From: Octopus bimaculoides
Taxonomy: Eukaryota
Assembly: GCF_001194135.2 (NCBI RefSeq)
Contig: NC_068982.1
Span: 90,460,832-90,524,831, forward strand
Length of the DNA: 64,000 nucleotides
Direction of reading: 5' to 3'
Shown here piece by piece: positions 13,677-25,180 of the stretch. Position 1 is the stretch's first letter. Each line of letters begins with the position of its first letter. Made by a program: the position numbers and the translations under genes. The notes under the pieces were generated by a model, which worked only from the letters and a program-made list of their open reading frames with translations, ran no database searches and was not told the DNA's origin.

Positions 13677-16600
13677 GCCTTTGCACAGCTTCTAACGCTG
13701 GAGATGTATTACAGTGTCAGTTGTTCACTACCAGTGAACTAAGGTAACACCTCTTATTTTTCGAGCACCTTCCAGAGTATTCGAGCGGTTCCAAGCAGTG
13801 CTGTTTTCTTCAAGTGCTCCACCCTTGTTGCAGACCCTATTTGTTCCACGAACTTTTCGAGACATTTGCTCACTGTTCTCAGGGCTCCGATAATTATTGT
13901 TACTACTGCTACCTTTTTCAACGACCACAACTGCTTAACTTCCCAAGCTAACCTGTCATATCTCTCGAATTTTCTTTCTTCCTTATCACATAACTTGTTG
14001 TCAGCTGGGCATGCTATATCTATGATCCAGCATAGTTTCTTTTCTTTCTCAATTAAGACTATGTCCGACTTCCTATTCTCTATCTCATGGTCGCACTGAA
14101 TCATAAAATCCCATAGGATCTTTGCATTTCTGTTTTGCACGATGCCTTTAGGTTTGTGGTCGTACCAATTTTTTGGTCTGTCAAGTCCATAGGTGTTGCA
14201 AAGTGTCCAATGGACAAGCCAGGCTATATTGTCGTGGCGTCTCTTATATTCCTTCTGGGCTACTGGCCTACATTGGCTGGTAATATGCTATACGGTTTCA
14301 CCGTTTGTCCACAGATTCTGCACATGTCACTTTCTGCTGTGTTGTCTCTTCTGTATTTTATGTAGTTTGTTCTTAGTGCTTGTACTTGGGTAGCACAGAT
14401 TAGAGCCTCCGTTTCTGGTTTTAGATCACTTTTAGTCATCCACAGCCATCTTTTTTCTCTGTCTGTTTTATCTTCAACATCCCTATGAAATTGGTCGATG
14501 CATTATTTTCTTTACCCACCTATTTTCAGTTTCATTCGTTTTCAATTTCTTGTATAGAGCTTTATCTTTGCAATCTTCCATCCTACACACGCTTGACCTT
14601 CTTACTTCTAAAAATAGTGGTTCTGTGGCATTTTTTACATACCATTCTATGTTGTTTTCTTCTACTCTAATACTGTGTTCACTTCCAATAAGTCCTCTTC
14701 TCCGTCATTATCTTGGTACATACAGTCTGTCTGTGTCACCTTTTGGGTGGAGTGACCCATATCTAGTTAGCAACTTCCTTGCCTTTTTGTCTAAGCTATT
14801 TAGTTTGTTTACTGTCCATGCGATTACTCCTGCTCCATATCCAAGGAGTAACACCACTCAGATGTTGATAACTCCAATCTTTTTCAGTCCATTTAATTTC
14901 GACTTTAGGATCAATCTCAGTCTGCGCAAATACTCCACCTTAAATTTTTCTCTCATTCCTTTCTCCATCAATTTATCCATTTCCAAAATCCCCAAGTACT
15001 TATAGCCTGTCTCTTCTATCTGCTTCATAACTTCCCCTGACGGAATCGTCAGCACGTCCATACATTTGGTTTTTGATTCTCTTCAAGACTAACACACCAC
15101 ACTTTCTCTGTCCGTATTCCATTCCTATATTAGCACTGAAGGTATACACTGTATCAACGATGGACCTGACTTGACCTTCTTCTTTACCATAAAGTTTGTG
15201 GTCATCCATGAATAACAAATGGTTGACATTTTGTTGGCGGCTTTTGAATACACACGCAGCTTTTGCTTTCCTCATTATCAAACACAATACAAAGATCAGT
15301 GGTGACTGGCAGTCCCCTTGGAAGATACCCATCCTAATTTCTATTGTCCCTAAGCTTCTTCCGCATGCGGTCAGGTCCGTCTTCCAATTCGCCATACTTT
15401 TTCCAAGCAATCGCTCAATATTCGACGCAATACCAAATAGGTTCATACACTCCATAATCCAAGAATGTGGGATCATATCGTACGCCTTACGATAGTCGAT
15501 CCATGACATGGCTAAGTTACTTTTCCTCCTCTTCCAGTCTCTAAGTACAGTTTTGTTGATCCTTGGTACCTCTGCACTTACGCTTGCAACCCTTCTGCTC
15601 ATGTGGCAGGACTCCATTGTTTTCCAGATGTTTGTACATTGACTCTGCGAGTATTCCAGTCAATAACTACCACGTAAGTGACAAAACAGGATATCGGCCT
15701 GTAATTGTCTACGATATTGCTTTTTTCGATGTATTTCAGGCACAGCAATATCCTACCCAATGTCAAGCATTCTGGTGTTATTTGGTCGGTATTTAACAAG
15801 GTGTTGAGTTGTGCAGCTATTCATGCATGACATTCACCAAAATTTTTGATCCAGTAGCCTTGAACTCCATCTGGTCCCGGAACCTTCCAGTTGCTCATTT
15901 TTTTGCTGATTTCCTTCACTTCCCTATCCGAAATGACTAGTTCTGCCTGTTTTGGACAGACTACTGTTTGTTTCAATTCTTGCAACCATTCAGCATCCTT
16001 CTTGTGCTCCTTGTCTTTGCTCCAGATGTCACTCCAAAACCTTTGATTTTCAATGTTATCTGCTATTTTTTTTTTGAGAATATATATCTGGATGTTAGCC
16101 AGTTTATTAGGGTTCATTGCTGTATTCAAATCTTTATCCAGGTTATTTTTTTATATGTATATTTTGCGTTTTCGTTCTGTGGGTAGAGCACTGCTGTAAA
16201 ATAAGCGCGTTGGATTGAAATATATTCCTCACGCGTCCGTTTATTCTTTTTTATTTTATTTGCGGGACATGAGGAATAACGTACGCTCCTTTATTTTGAT
16301 GGTCATTGAATAATTCATCAAAAACCATTTGAACGGACCAGTCCGTTCATTTCTGGCGTTAAATGGTTTTGCACGTGTAGTTTTTCGTACTTTTTTATAA
16401 CAAGTTTAAAGTACGTACTTCCGTTTGTTACCATTGGATTGAATAATACAGGTATTATTTAGTTTATTTTTCATCTTCTTGTGCATAGTGGTCGGAGACA
16501 GAAATGGTCTGGTGTTGGATCGTAATGTGTCGAGCGTGTTTACATGTGTTATGCAGATGATACACAGTTAAAATACGTTATTTTATTTGGAAAATAAAAA

Positions 16601-16766
16601 TAAATTTTAATGAGTATTACTTACTCGGATATAGTCCAACACTTTGTCGGTTCTTTTAGGCGCCATTAGTTGTCTTTATTCTCAATATTTTGCATAGATT
16701 TCGGAGCAGTGTTTTATCGCTCTCATAAGTAAAACATTCCCGGTGTTCTTTCTGTTAAACGTCCCC

Positions 16767-16767
<1 letters not shown>
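13677..16767 (-). mobile_element. R4/Dong-like non-LTR retrotransposon (RT + CCHC + restriction-like endonuclease); both ends apparently present, internally deleted, inactive
   Basis: N-terminal KNKRTREEYISIQRAYFTAVL and PNKLANI (about 16260-16100), FWSDIW...WKVPGPDGVQGYWIK, RT motifs WIDYRKAYDMIPHSW, GIFQGDCQSPL and LLFMDDHKLY, a CCHC finger CRICG...H....C (about 14330-14270), and RLE ILWDFMIQCDHEIENRKSDIV...IIDIACP...IIIGAL...KTALLGTARIL (13754-14140). Many frameshifts. Both ends abut (TAA)n tracts. Confidence 0.9.
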
Positions 16768-16833
<66 letters not shown>

Positions 16834-16848
16834 CATTATTATTATTAT
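16768..16848. repeat. (TAT)n microsatellite
   Basis: Read directly from the sequence. Confidence 0.97.
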
Positions 16849-17250
16849 GCAAAATATTGACGGCGGTTTTATTCTGTTTGAAAGGGACTGTCTATTTTAA
16901 TGCATCATAGGAACCCTCCTAAAAAAAATAACATAGTTTATTTTTGCTCAATATTTACAAAGAAAATAATAGATAATTAATGGCATCATGTCAGTAGGTC
17001 ATTGACTAATTCATATAATCACAAACAACTGTTTCTGTCTTGGTAGTCTTTACTAAAAGAGTTCACTAAGAATTCAGTAAAACTGGCCATCAATCTTGTG
17101 GCAAGTTAAAATGTTCTAAGTAGTTAATTTTGTCATGTATTTCCTTGGCATTATTGTTTCCGGTGTCATCATTTTCCTCGTTTCCTCAGCTACTCTCTAT
17201 AGCCTAATGGGACTCGACAAATTACTGCTGTACCATGTACAGTAGTATAG

Positions 17251-17290
<40 letters not shown>

Positions 17291-17398
17291 TTATATTCGT
17301 CATTGAAATACAGTGTCGAGTAAAACTTTCATCACCATCACACAAACAACAAATTACAACGACTAGGAACCATTCTAGTTCTTTGTAATTTCTTATAT

Positions 17399-17800
17399 AA
17401 CATGGACGTCACGCGAGCTCTAAAGAATCACCGTTATGTAAACCTCCTCGAGAAATGTGAAGACGCAGGCTGGAAAGCGGAGCATTTTCCAATCGAAGTC
17501 GGATGTAGAGGATTTGTAGGACACAGTGTGAGACGACTGCTATTATCGTTAGGCCTAACTCATCGTAAAGTAAATACCACCATGACCGATATCCAAAATA
17601 CAGTGGAGAAGGCTAGCCACTGGATTTGGTTAAAAAGAGACGATGAGCGATGACTAGAGAAATATTGAGCTTTCTTTTTAATAATCAGTTGATCTAGCAA
17701 GCGGAGCCTCATATCAGTGAGGCGGGGTGCGCATTGGTGCCGTCGAGAGGTAGGCCCCGAAACGGCGCGCATTCTCTCCTGATGCCTCCATACACTTGCT
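17399..17800 (+). mobile_element. 5'-truncated HERO-like (R2 superfamily, RLE) non-LTR retrotransposon 3' end with structured 3'UTR
   Basis: ORF 17402-17653 reads RYVNLLEKCEDAGWKAEHFPIEVGCRGFVGHSVRRLL...VEKASHWIWLKR, matching the characteristic HERO endonuclease C-terminus (PxEVGCRGF ... ASxWLWLKR). A GC-rich, highly self-complementary 3'UTR follows. The 3' boundary is uncertain. Confidence 0.8.
17724..17784 (+). ncRNA. Putative rearranged (non-circularly permuted) hammerhead-like ribozyme
   Basis: Stem III: GCCGU 17739-43 with ACGGC 17762-66. GUC triplet with C at 17744. GAAA 17759-62. Stem I: GAGAGG 17745-50 with UCUCUC 17773-78, directly before CUGAUG 17779-84. Stem II: GGGGU 17724-28 with GCCCC 17754-58. 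The A9 position is C. Confidence 0.5.
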
Positions 17801-18093
17801 GGCTTCCGGTATGCGGAGTTCTCCACTGGTAGCACTTGCATGTGCGAGTTGTTTGGAAGACATCAAACGTTTCTTGCCAGTGTGAACCAGCAAATCATGT
17901 ACCCCTACCACACTACTCTCACTGAAGAAAGCTCCCCCGTTTCACTGACTGCTTTTCCCATTCGAACTGCACACCATCTCACAAACATACAAAAAGCACA
18001 ATTACACCAAGCATTTATTTTTTTCAAATCTATAAAGAACAAAAGGCTGAAATATATTGGAGTAGGTATCTATCGAAAATTTATGATATAGAT

Positions 18094-18103
18094 ATGTGTG
18101 TGT

Positions 18104-18143
<40 letters not shown>

Positions 18144-18305
18144 CTGTGTGTCTGTGTGTTTGAGTGTGTATCTGTGTGTGCTCGTGTGTGAGTGTATCTG
18201 TATGTGCACGTGTATGTGTGTGTATGTGTGTGTCTGTGTGTCTGTGTTTGAGTGTGTATCTGTATGTGCACGACTGTGTGTGCACGTCTGTGTGTGTGTG
18301 TGTGT
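18094..18305. repeat. Degenerate (TG)n-rich tract
   Basis: Read directly from the sequence. Confidence 0.9.
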
Positions 18306-18589
18306 TGCATTGATTTTTTAGTATTAAAGGTATTTTGTCTTCTGCAGAATGTTGTTTTGTCTGAACTACGATAAAAGCTGTTCTACCTAAACAGGATAAT
18401 GTCTATTTTTGACAAGTTCCATCTCGGCTAATAAATTTCAAGTTTACCTCCTCTTCCAAATTAATTCAGTTCGTGTCATTACAAATACTGAAATATGATG
18501 TCTTACCACGAACACAAAATGCTCCACTTAATATTTTTAGCGGATCCACAGAATCTTTAGATAGTTCGCGATATATAGGGACATTTACG

Positions 18590-18975
18590 CTGAGTCCTCA
18601 CAAAGCTGTAATTGACTTTCTATTTCATCTCTCGGAATTGATAAAATAAAGCACTAGCCAAGTATTACAGCTAATAGAGTCAACTATATTTCCCCTGAAA
18701 ATGCGTGGTCTCGTCCCCATTTTAGAGGTCATTCATTTTAAATACTCCTTCTGAGTGGGATGGATTGGTAGCAGTGTTACAGTGTCGGCTAAGACACGCT
18801 GTTGTATCTCTTCCGGCTCTTTTTGTTGTGAGTTCAAATCCCACAGAGATCAGCTTTGCCATTCATCCTTTTGAGGATGATAAAATAAAGTACTAATTGA
18901 GAATAAGGATCGATGGTATAGACTACTCTTCTCCACCCCTCATAACTGCTGGCTTTGTGCCTAAATCAGAAACCT
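18590..18975 (+). mobile_element. Two decayed tandem SINE family A copies
   Basis: GAGTTCAAATCCCACAGAGATCAGCTTTGCCATTCATCCTTTTGAGGATGATAAAATAAAGTAC at about 18830-18900, and a more degenerate copy at about 18590-18730. Confidence 0.6.
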
Positions 18976-19335
18976 TTATAAATTAATGCTTCCAATGCTA
19001 GCGAGAAACAGGGGACCGCTGAGACAAATACGCAGAAAATTTTAGTTTCATTCAAAAACGTCTCCAATTTAAATCTAGTTAAATGTTGGCTGCACTTATT
19101 ATTCGATCTCTTTTGATGAATCACCTCATTAAACTCTGAAGCCTAGTAAAGCAATGCAACCTCCTCAACATACCCGTTACACCGTTCTTGCTAATCAATT
19201 AACCGAATATTTCCTACCTTCCTTTTTCATTAGCTATCACTTGATGTTAATCAACCTCAAATGCAAGTGAAAAGTTTTGAAATATTAGAATATTTAGGAA
19301 ATAAAGGAATAAAGAAATATTTAGAAATAAAGGAA

Positions 19336-19545
19336 AAGTAAAGTTATCTTCTCGAGCCATGCTGATTCATAAGGGCCAGTTTTCTTGGTTTCATGTCGTA
19401 TAAATTCCCCACCTGGACAGGATGCCTGTCCGTCGCAGGATTACTCATTTTTGTCTGCTGAGTGGACTGGAGCAACGTGAAAAGAAGTGTTTTGCTCAAG
19501 AACACAACGTGTTGCCTAGTTCAGGAATCAAAACCACACGACTCC
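19336..19545 (-). mobile_element. CORE-like SINE family D
   Basis: Colinear with 40493-40700 (AAAGTTA.CTTCTCGAG.CAT.CTGA.TCA...GAGCAACGTGAAA.GAAGTG.TTTGCTCAAGAACACAAC...TCAGGAATC.AAACCAC). Confidence 0.8.
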
Positions 19546-19699
19546 ACATTTGCACAAATACTAGTTTATGGTGTACATATCACGTAACCAAAGCAGTACA
19601 AGCTGTGAAAGATACTGCTGATGTTGGTAGTACTGTAGTAGTTGGCGTGCCGACACGTCGTGAATTGCTTCGCTCCGTATGTCGTTTGAAGCCGCACAG

Positions 19700-20580
19700 A
19701 TGAACGTGCCACGTAGTCTAATTCGGGAACTTATGATTTATGAGTTCGAACNNNNNNNNNNNNNNNNNNNNNNNNNNNNNNNNNNNNNNNNNNNTAGGCC
19801 TAAAACTGTCGTTTCTTAGGCTTTTCTTCAAATCAAAGGGGAAAATTGGGTGAGTAGTATCGGGAACAGTCCAGTGTGATTCGTCACCTTCACGACCTCA
19901 GCAGAAGCATCCAGAGCAGCTGAACTGTACCTCACAAATTAATGCCACCTCAAGCACAGAATAGAGTGGTTGTTTGCAAGAAACTCCTGGATATCAGGGT
20001 GATCTGCGTTTCTTTAAGAGAACAATGAATGCGATGAAAAGTGGATATTTTTCCGCAGTCCTCAAGTGCATGTATGTGGTTAAGCAAGGGCCACCTTTCG
20101 GAACCCGTCACCAAACATGGGTGTTTCGAACACAAGGTACGGTTCTGCATCTGGTAGAATTATGAGGGAATAATTCACTACGCTTTCATTCCGGACGATC
20201 GAATCATCGATGCCTACCTGTTCACTGAGCAGCCGGATCGGATGTATGCCATTATGCGGCAAAAATACCCGGCATTGTTTAACAAAAAGCAAGACCTCAA
20301 TACTGCTCGAACGACCAGGAACACACTCCAGGAACTTGAGGGAACTGAACTGATGCAACACTCAGCATATAGTTCTGACCTAGCTCCCTCAGATTATTAT
20401 ATTTTTCGATCCATGGCTCACTTCCTGCGCTTGCGATGCTTCATCAACCAAGAGGAGGTTGAAGCTTCAGTGAAGTTCTTTGCCTCGAAGTATAAGAACT
20501 AGGTTCAACTTAGGCTCAACGAATTGGCAGAAAGTTGGCTTCAGACGCTGCAACACGGTGGCCTCTACTTTGAATGCTAG
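19700..20580 (+). mobile_element. mariner-family transposase pseudogene
   Basis: MNVPRSLIRELMIYEFE N-terminus, a WVPH-like (xxVPHKL) motif, CDEKW, HSAYSSDLAPSDYYIFRSM (the HPPYSPDLAPSDY motif), ending GLYFEC*. The middle D-N-A motif is removed by a short deletion. Frameshifted and interrupted by N-gap 19752-19794. Confidence 0.85.
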
Positions 20581-21103
20581 GCTGCTTTTGTTGTGACTTC
20601 ACGAATAAAGCAAATAAGTTACGAAAGTATTGCACGACTTTTCAAGTGCCTTTGTAATTTCGTCTTCCTGTACAACTTGATGACTATAAGTAACCGTAAA
20701 ATAACCGTGTCCTTTTAGCTGACAATTTCACATAATTTCGAGGTAATATAACGAGTCAATATTAATAAGCACTAGGAGCTAGAGGGACAAAGAGTGAGAT
20801 TAGCAATGGGTATTTTTGGCAGAATATCTACAAGTTAGTTGAAAGGTCACGCCCACTCCATAATGCAAGTTTTATATTCTTCAAAAGTTTCTTACTTTTT
20901 TTAAAATAAATTTTTCACTTGTTTATCGTTTTTATAAATTTTAGACAACGCTAGAGGGCATTTCTATCTATTAATTGCATGAGTAATTTTAGCTAATTGA
21001 AGATTCTGAACTTAATATACTCTACACTGTTGTAGAGCATTTAAAATTTAAGTTACCAAGAGTATGTGCTACTATTACTGTTATTCTCAAATCGTAAAAA
21101 TAC

Positions 21104-21104
<1 letters not shown>

Positions 21105-21135
<31 letters not shown>

Positions 21136-21163
21136 GTTTCTTTCTCACCTTTTTCTTTCACTT

Positions 21164-21252
<89 letters not shown>
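21105..21252. repeat. (TCTA)n and (TC)n microsatellites
   Basis: Read directly from the sequence. Confidence 0.95.
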
Positions 21253-21254
<2 letters not shown>

Positions 21255-22102
21255 ATTTCAACACGATCAAATCGAATGCATAAAAAAAAAAATCGACTTG
21301 CTAGAAACAGCAACCAAATGTCTCTCAAATAGCCACGTATCGTCACAAAAAAGTAAATGATACGATATATAACTTTGACCTACATAAAAAGACAGCATAT
21401 TCACGGCTGGAATGTCGTCTAACATAGATTTAAGGAATTTAGATTAAACTGACAGCTAAAAACAAAAATAATCCTTATAATGTCACTAGATATCTTTCTC
21501 TGTCTCACATGTCGAACAAATGGAGAAAATCTCGTTCTGTTGACCAGTCATTCACAAACATAACGAAGCTCAGTGTCGAAAATAATTCTCACATTTAATA
21601 CTCTTAATAATGAATTAAGCATTAGAAATCCAAAGCTGCAGGCAACGCTGCGTAACGGGTCTATCATTTTATCTGTAAATCTTGAATTGATCCGTTCACC
21701 TACAAGAAAAGTTTAATTTTATGGCAATATTTATCACGCATTGCTTTTATACAGGACCTCTAAGTGCTCGGACTGCTAGGAATAGATGGTTTACACTGGA
21801 CAATGTAATTTTAGATATACAACACAAAGTCAACATGGCTGGAATATCGTTGAACAGAGATCTGCTTGAATAAATTTGTCTACTGACTAAACTAATACAA
21901 GTTTGCAGACATGGATAAGGCTTTTATGTTTTATGAATAAGAAAGAAATGAAAATTCAACCAAAATATATTGTCATAGTTTGGTGCAGACGTCAATTTTG
22001 TCATCTCTACACGACACAGAGATTTTACTAAGTGATTTTTTTATCGATAAAGATCAACATAAGTCTTTTTGGACTTTGTTTCTCATTTTTCTTTTACCTA
22101 TA

Positions 22103-22560
22103 TAGTTTAGTTAGTTAGTTAGGTAGGTAGGTAGGAAGGTAGGTAGGTAGGTAGGTAGGTAGGTAGGTAGGTAGGTAGGTATGTATGTAGGTAGGTAGGT
22201 AGGTGCACCTCTTTATGGTAGGTGCGTGCACCTGCTCAAAGAAAATCGAGGCTGCCAGAACCTTCCACTCATCTCTGTCAACTGCCAAGTCCAAAGCCTC
22301 TTCTCAGCTGTTGCCATCTTTCGCGAGATCTTTCATTATTGCCAGGCATTTTTTTCCTCGGACACTCATTCTTTCTGGTACGATAAGGAGACCACTGGAG
22401 ACACTAGCGTGAAAGACTGGAGGGATCTATCCTGATCACATACCCAAACTACTTGATCCTTCTCCTGGCCACCAGCTGACGTGTATGAGAACTTTGATCT
22501 TCGTAGTACATCCAAGCACAGTATCTGTACAAAATAAAATGTATCTTATGTCTTGCTGAA
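22103..22560 (-). mobile_element. RTE-clade LINE 3' fragment with (TACC)n tail
   Basis: Minus translation RRIK*FGYVIRIDPSSLSR*CLQWSP...CPRKK...KDLAKDGNS*EEALDLAVDRDEWKVLAAS matches the RTE C-terminus. It is followed directly by a (TACC)n/(TAAC)n tandem tail at 22103-22203. Confidence 0.75.
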
Positions 22561-24030
22561 AGATGTTCAATTTCCTCTGGAGTTCCTTAATCAGAGGCAC
22601 TAGAGTTTACAAAATGAAATAAGTCTTTTATACCAAGAAAAAAACTTTATAGTTCGAATTCGCTTCATTTCGATTAAGTATTTCTTGATGACGCATTCCA
22701 TTATTAGTTTCACTTCTTAAGGTTATCTCTACAGATTTTCTATAGAAATTATAGTCAGCACTGATTTTGTTACGGCGTTTTGTATCTGAGTACGCCTAAT
22801 GTAAACAACAATGAGATCGAAGACGAAAAATGCGTAATGGATGTATATGCCATATTACAGAATTGTTGCTCCTTCATCAACACTCATACAACTCATGAAC
22901 CATCCACGAACTCATCGCTTAAATAGCCACTAAATATAGCGGTGTATCGTTATTGGATATACCAATTTTATATATTAAACATATTCCTGAAAGCTAGGGC
23001 GTAAATATTGATGAACTATTGGAACACCGTATTTCGTTATGGAACCATAATAAACTACAATGTATATCAAATGCTTTTATAAGTCAATTCTGTTTGATTC
23101 TGGTAGCAGTGCTATTACATTACCTTATCAAGTGATGTTCAGGTGATGCTAACACAGTACAACAAAGTATTGACTTATAAAAGTGTTTAATATACTTTGT
23201 AGTATATTATGGTTGCATAACGCAATACAGTGTCCCTACAGGTCATTGTTAGTTTCCTCGGACATAACGGTGTTTTACGTTATTTTTAAATTGTTGTTTT
23301 CGCCGTGGCTGTTTGATGCCAAGTCTTCTATGAACAAAGTAATTCATGATAAAGTACGTTCCAACTATAACAATCCTATCTTATTTTCAGACATTTCATC
23401 TCTGGGACATCATTATCCCATCTCCTGTCATGTTTAACACGGTGGAGAGGGATTTGAATGAAGTATGGCTGCTATTTCTAGACAGACGAGCGACCACCTA
23501 GAGGTTTGCTCTTTATATGGTTAGTAGGCACAAGGAGCATTTCATAATTGTAATGCCTTCCTATCATGGCAGTAAAACACTATCAGATTGAATATAGTTC
23601 TGTTATGAACAGATGTATAGCTTTTAAATGGCTGAGTAAAGCAAAAGGGAAGAAAATAGTCAAGAATTTGACAGTTTATTTCAAAGGAGATACTTTTCAG
23701 TGACACGATGACGTAATTTTACTTACAACGTCTATGATTTCTAACATAGACTCAGGGTCACAAATGTGTTGTGATGATTGGTTTAGTCAATGAAATGACC
23801 TCAGCCCTTTATTGGTACTAACAGATCTTGACTGGGACTTCTTTTATTGATTATGGAAGGATGAAACACAAAATCGATCTGACAGACATTTGAACTCAAA
23901 ATATAAATTCAAATGATCGAAAAATGTTGTCAAAAAGCTGAAACTGCTATTATTGCACTGATCCAGAAAACCAATGATCAAACGTATTACAACAACGACC
24001 ATCCATTAATTTAGGAGTACCTTATTTTAC

Positions 24031-24414
24031 GTGGAGGCGCAATGGCCCAGTGGTTAGGGCAGCGGACTCGCGGTCATAGGATCGCGGTTTCGATTCCCAG
24101 ACCGGACGTTTTGAGTGTTTATTGAGCGAAAACACCTAAAAAGCTTCACGAGGCTCCGGCAGGGGATGGTGGCGAACCCTGCTGTACTCTTTCTCTCACT
24201 CATACTTCCTGTTTCTAGTGTGCTTGTAATTCAAAGGGTCAAACTTGTCACACTGTGTCACACTGAATATCCCCGAGAACTACGTTAAGAGCACACGTGT
24301 CTGTGGAGTGCTCAACCACTTGCACGTTAGTTTCACGAGCAGGCTGTTCCGTTGATTGGATCAACTGGAACCCTCGACGTCGTAAGCGACGGAGTGCCAA
24401 CAACAACAACAACA
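24031..24414 (+). mobile_element. tRNA(Arg)-derived SINE, full length, with (CAA)n tail and 12-bp TSD
   Basis: A box TGGCCCAGTGG, GACTCGCG anticodon-like loop and B box GGTTTCGATTCC. The TSD ACCTTATTTTAC lies at 24019-24030 and 24415-24426. A second copy is at 60012-60380. It resembles the octopus Arg-derived SINEs. Confidence 0.9.
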
Positions 24415-24905
24415 ACCTTATTTTACATTATCCAATGTCTTAATGAAAACACGCGCCTGTTGTTGTTGGTTAGCTACTGTTTCTAGTATTTAAAGCAACC
24501 ACGTCGATGCTCCCCGTTTGGTTCATAAATAACAGATGTGATTGAAGAAGTCATAAAGTATATTGTTCACATTCACATACAAAAGAATTAGATTTAATAA
24601 ATACCAAGCACAATTGCTGACGACGAACGTTTCCGGAAACGCCCGACTATTTGTTTTTCTCTGCCTGAAAGGGTCAACACACTTCTAGCTACACGTCTCT
24701 TTACAGAATATCTATTTCGATGAAGTATCAAATACCATACCTTCGTCATTCACGTTTATTAATTGCCTCCAAACTGATTTCTGTATTTGAATATGTTTTA
24801 TATAGTTATCTGTGCATATGTGTGCATATGTGTGTATATTTGTGTATATACGTATAACTGCGTGTGCGTCTGCAATCCGTACTTTTCTAGTATTACAGAT
24901 CATTA

Positions 24906-25180
<275 letters not shown>

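Noticed and set aside
16330-16349. 9-bp hairpin TGAACGGAC-CA-GTCCGTTCA in the Dong 5' region
   Set aside because: An isolated stem with no associated ribozyme core; function cannot be inferred.
24031-24105. tRNA-Arg-like sequence (also 60305-60380)
   Set aside because: A and B boxes are present, but it has no proper cloverleaf or acceptor stem and continues into a SINE body with tail and TSD.
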